NCBI GenBank assembly: GCA_965228475.1 | Contig: OZ245817.1 | Span: forward strand, 4,480,001 to 4,544,000 | Length of the DNA: 64,000 bases | Direction of reading: 5' to 3' | Source of the DNA: Myxococcota bacterium | GTDB taxonomy: Bacteria; Myxococcota_A; UBA9160; JAFDDA01 | Part shown: piece by piece, positions 9,444 to 18,361 of the stretch | Layout of the letters: each line of letters begins with the position of its first letter | Position numbering within the stretch: the first letter of the stretch is position 1 | Translations under genes and position numbers: made by a program | The notes under the pieces: generated by a model | Databases searched by the model: none | What the model saw: only the letters and a program-made list of their open reading frames with translations | Told to the model about the DNA's origin: nothing

Positions 9444-10237
9444 GCGAGCTCGCCTCCGTCTGGTTCGCGACGGCGGGCAGCCTCTTCGGCGCGCTCTTCC
9501 TGCTCTGGCTGCTGAGCCTCGCCCTGCGCGACGCGAGCATCGTCGACATCCTCTGGGGCCTCGGCTTCGTGCTCGTCGCCGGCACGGCCTTCGCCGTGGG
9601 CGACGGAACGCCGGCGCGCAAGGCGCTCGTCCTCGGGCTGGCCGCGCTCTGGGGCGGACGGCTCGCCGCGTACCTCGCCTGGCGGAACCTCGGCCACGGG
9701 GAGGACCCGCGCTACCAGCGCATGCGGCGGCACTACGGCGACCGCTTCTGGATCATCAGCCTCTTCTCGGTGTTCGCGCTGCAGGGGGTCCTGCTCTTCC
9801 TCGTCTCCCAGCCGCTGCAGCTCGCGCTGGCCGTCCCGGGCCCGCCCCTCGGCGCCCTCGACGCGGCCGGGGCCTCGCTCGTCCTGCTCGGCGTCGGTTT
9901 CGAGACCGTCGGCGACCTCCAGCTCGCGCGGTTCAAGGCCGACCCGGCGAACGCCGGCCGGGTGATGGACCGCGGCCTCTGGCACTACACGCGTCACCTG
10001 AACTACTTCGGAGATGCCGTCGCCTGGTGGGGCTTCGGCCTGCTGGCCTGCGCGGTCCCGGCGGGCTTCCTCGCGCTCGGCTCCTCGGCGCTGATGACGT
10101 TCCTCTTGCTGCGCGTGTCGGGCGTGGCGCATCTCGAGCGCTCGCTGCGCAAGACCAAGCCCGGCTATGCCGAGTACGTCGCTCGCACGTCGGCCTTCCT
10201 GCCGCGTCCGCCGAAGGCGCTGCCGCCCGAGGCCTAG
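9440..10237 (+). CDS. DUF1295 family membrane protein (steroid 5-alpha-reductase-like)
   Basis: ASIVDILWG, GEDPRY, GLWHYTRH.NYFG, YVARTSAFLP; TTG overlaps the upstream stop. Confidence 0.85.
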   Translation: MSELASVWFATAGSLFGALFLLWLLSLALRDASIVDILWGLGFVLVAGTAFAVGDGTPARKALVLGLAALWGGRLAAYLAWRNLGHGEDPRYQRMRRHYGDRFWIISLFSVFALQGVLLFLVSQPLQLALAVPGPPLGALDAAGASLVLLGVGFETVGDLQLARFKADPANAGRVMDRGLWHYTRHLNYFGDAVAWWGFGLLACAVPAGFLALGSSALMTFLLLRVSGVAHLERSLRKTKPGYAEYVARTSAFLPRPPKALPPEA

Positions 10238-10241
10238 GCCC

Positions 10242-11588
10242 CTAGCCGATCAGGTCCTGGATCGACTGCCACAGGACGACCAGCAGCAGCAGCGGGACCA
10301 CGGTGCGCAGCAGGAGGCGCCAGAGCCCGAACCAGGCCACGTCCTCGGCGCCCTGGCGCGCCTCGGCCTCCGGGTTCTTCATGACCCAGCCCACGAACAG
10401 GGCGAGCATCAGACCGCCGAAGACGAGGAAGACGTTCCCGGCGAGCTGATCCATCTTGCCGAGCACGTCGAGATCGAGGGCGGCGGGGATTCCGAGGGCG
10501 GCGACCGCGGCGCCGAGCACCAGCGCGGCCCGCCGCCGCTCCCAGCCGAGCTGATCGATCGCCGTCGAGACGACGACCTCGAGCAGCGAGATCGCCGACG
10601 TCAGCGCGCCGACGGCCAGCGCCACGAAGAAGAACGGCCCGACGACGCGGCCGGCGGCGCCCATCTCGTGGAAGGCCCCGGGCAGCGTGATGAACAGCGC
10701 ACCGACCGTGCTCCCCCCGACCTGCTCCTGGAGGCCGAGGGCGAAGAGCAGGGGAAAGACGGCCAGGCCCGCGACGAAGGCCACCCCGAAATCCGCGCCG
10801 GCGATCATCAGCGATTCGTTCGGCAGGTTTTCGTCCCGCCGCACGTAGCTCGCGTAGGTGAGCATCGCACCCATCCCAAGCGAAAGACTGAAGAAGGCCT
10901 GCCCGGCGGCGTGGTTCAGGACCTCGAAGCGGAGCACCTCTTCGAGATCCACGGAGAGGTAGAAGGCGTAGCCCTTGCCGGCGCCTTCGAGCGTGCCCGC
11001 GTAGATCGCGATGCCGCAGACGATCGCGAACAGGAGCGGCATCAGGACGAGGGAGGCGCGCTCGATGCCCCGGTTCACGCCCCCGAGCACGACGGCGATC
11101 GTGATCGCCATGAAGCCGAGGTGCCAGGCGACCGCGGCCGGCCCGGTCGAGACCGTCTCGAAGTAGGCACCGGCATCCGGCCCGAAGCCCGAGAGAGACG
11201 TCAGCCCATAGCGCAGGGTCCAGCCCGCGATGACGCTGTAGTAGGAAAGGATCAGGAATCCCGAGCCGAGGAAAAGCGCGCCGAGCGGCTTCCAGGCAGT
11301 TCCGCCGTAGTGGGCGAGTGCGCCGACCGGGCTGCGCCCGGACCCGCGTCCCACCACGAACTCCGCGAGCATCACCGGCAGCCCGACCAGGGCAACCAGG
11401 ACGAGGTAGACGACGAGGAAGGCGGCACCGCCGTTTTCCGCGGTCAGGTAGGAAAACCGCCACATGTTGCCCAGGCCGACGGCCGAGCCGACCGCGGCAA
11501 GGATGAAGCCGAGGCGGCTTCCCCATTGTTCCCGGCTCTCTGCGGGGTCGCGCTCTTCGGGACCTGCCTTCACGTTCGTCTCTCCCAC
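10242..11588 (-). CDS. Sodium-dependent transporter (NSS/SNF family)
   Basis: WGSRLGFILAAVGSAVGLGNMWRF, GQAFFSLSLG; many TM helices. Confidence 0.92.
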   Translation of the reverse strand: MGETNVKAGPEERDPAESREQWGSRLGFILAAVGSAVGLGNMWRFSYLTAENGGAAFLVVYLVLVALVGLPVMLAEFVVGRGSGRSPVGALAHYGGTAWKPLGALFLGSGFLILSYYSVIAGWTLRYGLTSLSGFGPDAGAYFETVSTGPAAVAWHLGFMAITIAVVLGGVNRGIERASLVLMPLLFAIVCGIAIYAGTLEGAGKGYAFYLSVDLEEVLRFEVLNHAAGQAFFSLSLGMGAMLTYASYVRRDENLPNESLMIAGADFGVAFVAGLAVFPLLFALGLQEQVGGSTVGALFITLPGAFHEMGAAGRVVGPFFFVALAVGALTSAISLLEVVVSTAIDQLGWERRRAALVLGAAVAALGIPAALDLDVLGKMDQLAGNVFLVFGGLMLALFVGWVMKNPEAEARQGAEDVAWFGLWRLLLRTVVPLLLLVVLWQSIQDLIG

Positions 11589-11699
11589 GGTTTCGTTCGC
11601 GCCGATGCCGTGCTCGTCAGGACGCGAATGTCAGGAGGGTTGCGCAAGATAACGAGCGCGGCGGCCCGGTCACCACCCACGCGTGTATACTCCGCCGCC

Positions 11700-12803
11700 A
11701 TGCCTTCCTCCTCCGCGCGAGACGTCGGCGGCGGCAGCAGCCCGGTGCGCCGCCAGATCCAATCCGCCCCAAATCAAGAGACGCCTTTCGAAGCGGTCGC
11801 CCCCCGGGCTTCCGTGTGGGTGGACGAACGCACGGAGGACCCGGACCACTTCGCGCGGTCCGTTGCGCGGGGCCTCTCCGGCGACCCCCGGCAGCTCGAC
11901 TGCCGCTACCTGTACGACGAAGCGGGGAGCGAGCTCTTCGCGGAGATCACCCAGCAGCCCGAGTACTACCCGACCCGGACCGAGGCCAGCATCCTCGAGC
12001 GCCACGCCAGCGAGCTGGCCCGGACCCTCGGCTCGATGCCGATCTGTGAGCTCGGCTCCGGCAACTCGGAGAAGACCCGCCTGCTGCTCGAGGCCTGGGC
12101 TGCCGAGACGGAGGGCGCGTTCCACTACGTCCCCATCGACATCGACCCGGGCGTGGTGCGCTCGGCCGCCGAAGAACTCGTCGCGGCCCACCCGACGCTC
12201 CAGGTCTCGGGCCTGGCCACCTCGTACGAGCACGCCCTCGAGCGCCTGCGGGAGCTCTCGCCGAAGCTCGTCCTGTTCCTCGGCTCGACGATCGGGAACT
12301 TCGAACCGGCGGAGATGGATCTCTTCCTACGCCGCATCCAGGCCGCACTCCAGCCCGGCGACGCCTTCCTGCTCGGCGTCGATCTCGTGAAGGACGCTTC
12401 GACCCTCGAAGCCGCCTACAACGACGCGGCCGGCGTGACCGAGCGCTTCACCTTGAACCTCTTCGAGCGCATGAACCGCGAGCTCGACACCGCCATCCCC
12501 GAGAAGGCCGTCGAGCACGTCGCGTTCTGGAACGAAGGCCGAGATCAAATCGAGATCTACGGCCGCTTCCGCGAAGCCGTCCAGATCGAACTCCCCGGCT
12601 TCGACGACGCCTTCTCCATCGAGTCCGGGGAGATGGTGCAGGTCGAGGTGAGCCGGAAGTTCCGCGTCGATCGCCTGGCCGAGGACCTCGCCCGCTACGG
12701 CCTTCGCCAGGAGCGGGTCTTCTCCGACCCCGAAGACCTCTTCGCACTGATCCTGCTGCGCCGGGAGAACGATGCAGAGCCGAACGGGCGCGACGCAGCC
12801 TGA
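11700..12803 (+). CDS. egtD: L-histidine N-alpha-methyltransferase (EgtD family)
   Basis: YLYDEAGSELF, PEYYPTRTE, ELGSGNSEKT, FLGSTIGN, AYNDAAGVT. Confidence 0.88.
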   Translation: MPSSSARDVGGGSSPVRRQIQSAPNQETPFEAVAPRASVWVDERTEDPDHFARSVARGLSGDPRQLDCRYLYDEAGSELFAEITQQPEYYPTRTEASILERHASELARTLGSMPICELGSGNSEKTRLLLEAWAAETEGAFHYVPIDIDPGVVRSAAEELVAAHPTLQVSGLATSYEHALERLRELSPKLVLFLGSTIGNFEPAEMDLFLRRIQAALQPGDAFLLGVDLVKDASTLEAAYNDAAGVTERFTLNLFERMNRELDTAIPEKAVEHVAFWNEGRDQIEIYGRFREAVQIELPGFDDAFSIESGEMVQVEVSRKFRVDRLAEDLARYGLRQERVFSDPEDLFALILLRRENDAEPNGRDAA

Positions 12804-12894
12804 TCCGGGCGTGGTATCTTCCGGCCCGATGCGATCCGCCCCCGTCGACGCGTCCGATCGTTCCTTCGCAACGCGGCCGGAGGCCCGTTAGCGC

Positions 12895-15492
12895 GTGCAT
12901 GCCCGCGGCGCCGCCAAGGCCGTTCGGCCCCATCGCCTGGATCCGGCCGTTCGGCCGGAGACGGTTTCCGTCCACGTCGCGGTGGACCCCCAGCGCGGGG
13001 AATCCTTCGAGGGCGAGGTGTCGATCTCGGTGGTCCTCGACGAGCCGCGCCGATCGATCGAACTCCACGCCGTCGATCTGAAGGTCTCGAAGGCCCGGGT
13101 CACCGTCGGCGGCCGGACCCTGACGGGCAAGATCACCGCGAAGCCCGAGTTCGAGACGATCCGCATCGCGCTTCCGGAAAGCCTTCCCGCCGGTACGGTC
13201 ACGCTCGAGCTGGCGTTCGCCGGAACGCTCCGGAGCGACTTGCGCGGCCTCTACGCCTCGAGCGCCGGGAAGCGCCGCTACGCCTTCACCCAGCTCGAGG
13301 CCACCGACGCGCGCCGCTTCTTCCCGTGCTTCGACGAACCGGTGATGAAGGCCCGCTTCCGCATGGCCGTGACGACGTCGGCGAAGAACACGGTGCTCTC
13401 GAACGCGCCGATCGCCCGGACGAAGAAGCTCCCGCGCAACAAGAAGCGCGTCGAGTTCCGGGAGACGCCACCGCTCTCGACCTACCTGGTCGCCCTGGCC
13501 GTCGGCGAGCTCGAAGCTTCGCGCGCCGTGAAGCTCGGGACGACGCCGATTCGCGTCTGGCACGTCCCGGGCAAGAAGAAGCTCACCGGCTTCGCCCTCG
13601 AGTGCGCGAAGGAAACCCTCGCGCGCCTCGAGCGCTACTTCGACCTGCCCTACCCCTACGAGAAGCTCGACCTCGTCGCCGTGCCGGACTTCGAAGCCGG
13701 CGCCATGGAGAACGCCGGCGCCGTGTTCTTCCGGGAGACCCTGCTACTGGTCGACCCGAAGACCGTGACCCTCGCAGAGAAGAAGCGCGTGGCGGAGGTC
13801 GTGTGTCACGAGCTCGCGCACATGTGGTACGGCGACCTCGTCACCATGGCCTGGTGGGACGATCTCTGGCTGAACGAGGCCTTCGCCACCTGGATGGCCT
13901 TCGCGATCGTCGACGACTGGAAGCCCGAGTGGAAGATGTGGCTCGACTTCCAGCACTACCGGGGCGCCGCCCTGAACCTCGACGCCCTCGACAACACCCA
14001 CCCGATCTACGTCGAGGTGAAGACCCCGGCGGAGGCCACGGAGAACTTCGACCTCATCACCTACGAAAAGGGCGCCTCGGTGGTCCGCATGGTGGAGAAC
14101 TGGCTCGGTGCGAGCGCCTTCCGCAAGGGCGTCCGGCGCTACGTGCGCAAGCACGCCGAGGGCAACACCGTGGCCTCGGACCTCTGGGACGCGCTCTCCG
14201 CCGCCTCCAAGCAGGAGGTCGAGCCGGTCGTCCGCGCCTGGATCGAGCAGCCGGGCTTCCCCGTGCTCTCGCTCCGGCACGCGCGCGAGCGGGGCAAGAG
14301 CATCCTGCACGCGAGCCAGGAGCGGTTCTCGGGCTCTCTGCGCAAGGGCAAGGCCGACCGTACGCGCTGGCCGGTGCCGTTCGTGGCGCGCATCGGCGGC
14401 GCGCGCCGCGGGAAGTCCCGGCTCGAGCGGCACGTCATCGAGGGAGCGCGGGCGCGCATCCGTCTCGGCACGGGAGCGCCGCGCTTCATCCACGGCAACG
14501 CCGAAGCTTCGGGCTTCTACCGGACCCAGCACGACGCCGCGATGCTGCGCGACCTCTCGGCGGGGCTCGGCGCCCTCTCGGACGTCGAGCGCCTCTGCCT
14601 GATCTCGGACCAGTGGGCGCTCGTCCGCGCCGGACGGGTTCCGATCGAGAGCTACCTCGACCTCGTCACCGTCTTCGGCGGCGAGACCGAGCCGGACCTG
14701 CTGGTCACGCTGCGGAGCGCCCTCTCCGTCGCGAACGATCAGCTCGCGGCCGGTGCCAGCGAGGGCGTCCGCAACGCCTGGCGGAGCTTCCTGATCGACA
14801 CGTTCTGCGAGCACCTGCTCGAGCTCGGCTGGCGCCCGGGCCGCGGCGAGGGCGACAAGGAGCGCGTGCGCCGTGCCGTCACCGTCTCGCTGCTCGGTGG
14901 CATCGCCGAGTGGGAGGCCGTGACGGAGGTCGTCGACGAGAAGTGCCGGGAATACCTCGCGGACCGCGGCTCCCTCGAGCCGAACCTCGCCGACCCGGTC
15001 GTCTCCCTCGCCGCCCGTCAGGGCGACGCCGATCTCTACGAGAAGTTCCTGCGCGCGGAAGCGAAGGCGGCCACGCCCCAGGAACGCCGGCGCTTTCTCT
15101 TCGCGCGGGCGGACTTCCGCGACGCGAAGCTTCTGGAACGAACCCGGCGCGCGTGCCTCGACGAGATCTCCGTCCAGGACATGCCGTTCCTGATCGTGCG
15201 GATGCTCCAGAACCCCGCGGGCCGCGAGGACACCTGGGCCTTCCTGCAGCGGCGCTGGCCGAAGCTCGCCAAGCGCTTCCCGCCGGCCCTCGTGACGCGG
15301 ATCATCGACGTCCTGCCGGAGCTACAGACGCCCAAGCACCGCCGCGAGGTCGCCGCGTTCTTCCGAAAGAACCCCGTCCCGACCGGCAAGCGCGCCGTCG
15401 CCCAGGCCCTCGAACGCTTCGACCTCAACCAGGCCTTCCGCAAATCCAGCCAAGAGGGCTTCGAGCAGTGGATCACCCGACCGAGGCCCTAG
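12895..15492 (+). CDS. M1 family aminopeptidase (PepN/ERAP-like)
   Basis: GAMEN; HELAH-x18-E (WLNEAF); YEKG; ERAP1-like C-terminal domain. Confidence 0.93.
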   Translation: MHARGAAKAVRPHRLDPAVRPETVSVHVAVDPQRGESFEGEVSISVVLDEPRRSIELHAVDLKVSKARVTVGGRTLTGKITAKPEFETIRIALPESLPAGTVTLELAFAGTLRSDLRGLYASSAGKRRYAFTQLEATDARRFFPCFDEPVMKARFRMAVTTSAKNTVLSNAPIARTKKLPRNKKRVEFRETPPLSTYLVALAVGELEASRAVKLGTTPIRVWHVPGKKKLTGFALECAKETLARLERYFDLPYPYEKLDLVAVPDFEAGAMENAGAVFFRETLLLVDPKTVTLAEKKRVAEVVCHELAHMWYGDLVTMAWWDDLWLNEAFATWMAFAIVDDWKPEWKMWLDFQHYRGAALNLDALDNTHPIYVEVKTPAEATENFDLITYEKGASVVRMVENWLGASAFRKGVRRYVRKHAEGNTVASDLWDALSAASKQEVEPVVRAWIEQPGFPVLSLRHARERGKSILHASQERFSGSLRKGKADRTRWPVPFVARIGGARRGKSRLERHVIEGARARIRLGTGAPRFIHGNAEASGFYRTQHDAAMLRDLSAGLGALSDVERLCLISDQWALVRAGRVPIESYLDLVTVFGGETEPDLLVTLRSALSVANDQLAAGASEGVRNAWRSFLIDTFCEHLLELGWRPGRGEGDKERVRRAVTVSLLGGIAEWEAVTEVVDEKCREYLADRGSLEPNLADPVVSLAARQGDADLYEKFLRAEAKAATPQERRRFLFARADFRDAKLLERTRRACLDEISVQDMPFLIVRMLQNPAGREDTWAFLQRRWPKLAKRFPPALVTRIIDVLPELQTPKHRREVAAFFRKNPVPTGKRAVAQALERFDLNQAFRKSSQEGFEQWITRPRP

Positions 15493-15529
15493 ACGCGGCT
15501 CGAGATGATTCGGGACGATGCAAGCGGAG

Positions 15530-15623
15530 CGGGCCGGGGTCCCATCCGGGACCGTAAACCACGCCCTGGAGCTCTAGCCGAGAAGCCGCCCAAGACGCCG
15601 GTCCCGGATGGGACCCCGGCCCG
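15530..15623. repeat. 25-bp perfect inverted repeat with 44-bp spacer (REPIN/MITE-like)
   Basis: CGGGCCGGGGTCCCATCCGGGACCG (15530-15554) is the reverse complement of 15599-15623; lies between convergent genes. Confidence 0.85.
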
Positions 15624-15640
15624 GGCCGCGTCCCTCGGGC

Positions 15641-16726
15641 TCAGCTCCCCGCGCCCTTCGCCTCTTCCTGCGCGACCATCGGTTCGAACCGCCCCTTGTC
15701 GAGCGCCTTCATCATCGCGTCCGAAGCCTTGATCTTCCCCGACTTCACCAGGTCGAAGAGGCAGTCGTCCATCGCCTGCATCCCTTCCTTCTTCCCGCCC
15801 TGGATGATGGAAGAGATCATGGGCGTGTTGCCCTCGCGGATGACGTTCCCGAGGCCCTGGGTGCGAAGCAGGATCTCGTGGACCGCGCAGCGGCCCTTCC
15901 CGTCCGCGGTCGGGACGAGGAGCTGGGAGACGACGGCGCCGAGGCTCTCGGCCAGGCTGATGCGCACCTGGCTCTGTTCCTCGGCCGGGAAGGCGTCGAT
16001 GATGCGGTCGATGGTCTTGGCAGCGCTGTTGGTGTGCAGCGTTCCGAAGACCAGGGAGCCCATCTCGGCCGCGGTGATCGCGAGCGAGATCGTTTCGTAG
16101 TCGCGCATCTCGCCGACGAGAATGATGTTCGCGTCCTGGCGGATCACCGCGCGCAACGCGCCGCCGAAGCCGTCGGTGTGGTCCCCGACCTCGCGATGCG
16201 AGATCACGCACTGATCGTTCTGGTGAACGAACTCGACGGGGTCCTCGATCGTCACGATGTGCTTCGCGTGCTTCTTGTTGATGCGATGGATGATCGCCGC
16301 GAGCGTCGTCGACTTGCCCGAACCCGTCGGCCCGGTGACGAGCACCAGCCCCGATTCGAGATCGGCCAGGTCCACGATCGACTGCGGAATCCCGAGGTCC
16401 TCCGCCGGGATGATCTCTTCGGGGATGATGCGAAAGACCGCGCCGGCCCCGTTCTCCTGGGTGAAGTAGTTCGCCCGGAAGCGGGCCACGCCCGGAATGG
16501 CGTGGGCGAAGTCGAGGTCCCCGCAGCCGCTGTACTCGTTCCACTGCTTCTCGTTCGTGATCTCCTCGAGCAGATCTCGGAGCGTCTCGTCCGAGAGCGC
16601 CGACTCGCCGGGGATCGGAACGAGACGGCCGGACTTGCGGAAGCGCGGCTCGAGCGTGGCGGCCAGGTGGAGGTCCGAAGCGCCCTCGGTCTTCAGCATG
16701 GTGAGCAGGCGATCGATCTCGGCCAC
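15641..16726 (-). CDS. pilT: Type IV pilus retraction ATPase, PilT family
   Basis: ASDLHL, GPTGSGKS, TIEDPVE, VGEMRD, GTLHT, GNVIRE, GMQAMD. Confidence 0.9.
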   Translation of the reverse strand: MAEIDRLLTMLKTEGASDLHLAATLEPRFRKSGRLVPIPGESALSDETLRDLLEEITNEKQWNEYSGCGDLDFAHAIPGVARFRANYFTQENGAGAVFRIIPEEIIPAEDLGIPQSIVDLADLESGLVLVTGPTGSGKSTTLAAIIHRINKKHAKHIVTIEDPVEFVHQNDQCVISHREVGDHTDGFGGALRAVIRQDANIILVGEMRDYETISLAITAAEMGSLVFGTLHTNSAAKTIDRIIDAFPAEEQSQVRISLAESLGAVVSQLLVPTADGKGRCAVHEILLRTQGLGNVIREGNTPMISSIIQGGKKEGMQAMDDCLFDLVKSGKIKASDAMMKALDKGRFEPMVAQEEAKGAGS

Positions 16727-16728
16727 GG

Positions 16729-18252
16729 TTATTCCTTCCCGCCGAAGCGCCGCGGGTCATCGCAGAACCGGAGCGCGGATTCCTTGGTGATGGTGCCGTC
16801 CGCGACGAGCTTCTGGAGCGACTCGTCGAGCAGGCACATGCCGTGCGCGGCACCGGTCTGGAGGATCGACTGGATCTGCACGGTCTTGTTCTCGCGGATC
16901 AGGTTGCCCACGGCCTTGGTCACGACCATGACCTCGAGGGCCGGCACGCGCCCGTTTCCATCGGCACGCGGAACGAGCCGCTGGGAGATGACCGCGCGGA
17001 GCGACTCGGAGACCATCGTGCGGATCTGGTTCTGCTGGTTCGGCGGGAACACGCCGATCAGCCGGTTGATCGTGCGGATGGCCGAGTTCGTGTGCAGCGT
17101 GCCCAGCACGAAGTGGCCGGTCTCCGCGGCCGTCAGGGCCAGCGAGATCGTCTCGAGGTCCCGAAGCTCGCCGATCCCGATGATGTCCGGGTCTTCACGC
17201 AGCGCCGCACGCAGCGCCCGGGCGAAGGTCTCGGTGTGCGGGCCGACCTGGCGCTGATTGACCAGACACGACTTCGTCTTGTGGACCACCTCGATCGGGT
17301 CTTCCACGGTGATGATGTGGTCCTCGCGACCTTCGTTCACGAGCGAGAGCAGCGCCGCCATCGTGGCGGACTTGCCGCATCCGGCCGGGCCGGTCACGAG
17401 CACCATGCCCTGGTGGTAGCCGGTGAACTTGGCGAGTGATTCCGGAAGGCCGAGGCTCTCGAGCGTCGGCGGCTCGGGCGGAACGAGACGGAACGTGGCG
17501 TCGAGCCCGCGCTGCTGACGGTACGCGTTCGAACGGAAGCGTCCGACGCCGTCGAGGGCGTAGGCGAAGTCCACCTGTCCGGTCCGGCAGAGCGCCTCCC
17601 ACTGCACGTCGTCGAGCAGGTCGGAGAGCATCGCCTCGCACTCGTTCGGGTCGAGAGGCTGTTCACCGTGCATCCGGAGTTCGCCGTTCACGCGCATGCG
17701 CAGCGGCGCCCCGGCATGGACGTGGAGGTCGCTTGCGCCGAGATCCGCGGCCTCCTTCATCAGGGCGTGCACCTTCTCGCGCGCGCCTTCGGAGCCGGGC
17801 GGCCGGGCCGCGACTTCGATCGAGCCGACGGTTGCCGCAGCGCCGGCGGGATTCGCGCTCTCCGTCTTCGCCGGAGCGGCGGGTTTCTGCGGAGCGGGCC
17901 GGTCCTGTGCGGGGCGCGGCGCCTCCGCCGGAGCCGCACTCGCGCTCGCCGCCGGTTCGGGCGCGGCGCTCTTCTCCACGATGGGCTTCGAGGGCACGCG
18001 CGCCGCGGCGGGTTCCGGAGCAGGCGCGGCCCCCTGCGCTGCCTTCTGGGCGCGGTGCTTCACGAGCATGTCGCGCTGGATCTGCACCAGGCGATCGATC
18101 TGCTTCTGCTGGGCCCACCCCTTCTCGATGAAGTAGTCGCAGAGGCGGGCGGGGTCGCCCTCCTCGCGCATCGCTTCGGCGAGCTGGTCGGCGGTGATCA
18201 GTTTGTAGTGGACGGCCAGGCGGCCGAGCAGCGGAGTCTTTGCGTCGCTCAT
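16729..18252 (-). CDS. pilT: PilT-family ATPase with N-terminal MshEN-like extension and Ala/Pro linker
   Basis: GPAGCGKS, TVEDPIE, ALREDPD, GELRD, TGHFVLGTLHT, AVGNLIRE; ~155 extra N-terminal residues. Confidence 0.88.
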   Translation of the reverse strand: MSDAKTPLLGRLAVHYKLITADQLAEAMREEGDPARLCDYFIEKGWAQQKQIDRLVQIQRDMLVKHRAQKAAQGAAPAPEPAAARVPSKPIVEKSAAPEPAASASAAPAEAPRPAQDRPAPQKPAAPAKTESANPAGAAATVGSIEVAARPPGSEGAREKVHALMKEAADLGASDLHVHAGAPLRMRVNGELRMHGEQPLDPNECEAMLSDLLDDVQWEALCRTGQVDFAYALDGVGRFRSNAYRQQRGLDATFRLVPPEPPTLESLGLPESLAKFTGYHQGMVLVTGPAGCGKSATMAALLSLVNEGREDHIITVEDPIEVVHKTKSCLVNQRQVGPHTETFARALRAALREDPDIIGIGELRDLETISLALTAAETGHFVLGTLHTNSAIRTINRLIGVFPPNQQNQIRTMVSESLRAVISQRLVPRADGNGRVPALEVMVVTKAVGNLIRENKTVQIQSILQTGAAHGMCLLDESLQKLVADGTITKESALRFCDDPRRFGGKE

Positions 18253-18264
18253 CGTCCCTGCTGC

Positions 18265-18290
18265 ATCGGCAGAGGGGAGCGCCGCGTTGA
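18265..18290 (-). promoter_or_regulatory. sigma28-like promoter upstream of the pilT pair
   Basis: TCAAC-N16-CCGAT (GCCGAT) on the minus strand, 12 nt before ATG. Confidence 0.6.
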
Positions 18291-18361
18291 GCGCCGTCGG
18301 GGAGAACGGGGCGGGACCTGCGGGTCCGGCGCACCCGGAAGCGAAGACTCGGGCGAAAGCC

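Noticed and set aside
9992..10012. DUF1295 motif RHLNYFG instead of the usual RHPNYFG
   Set aside because: Single-base difference (CTG vs CCG); cannot tell variant from error, so not reported as a finding
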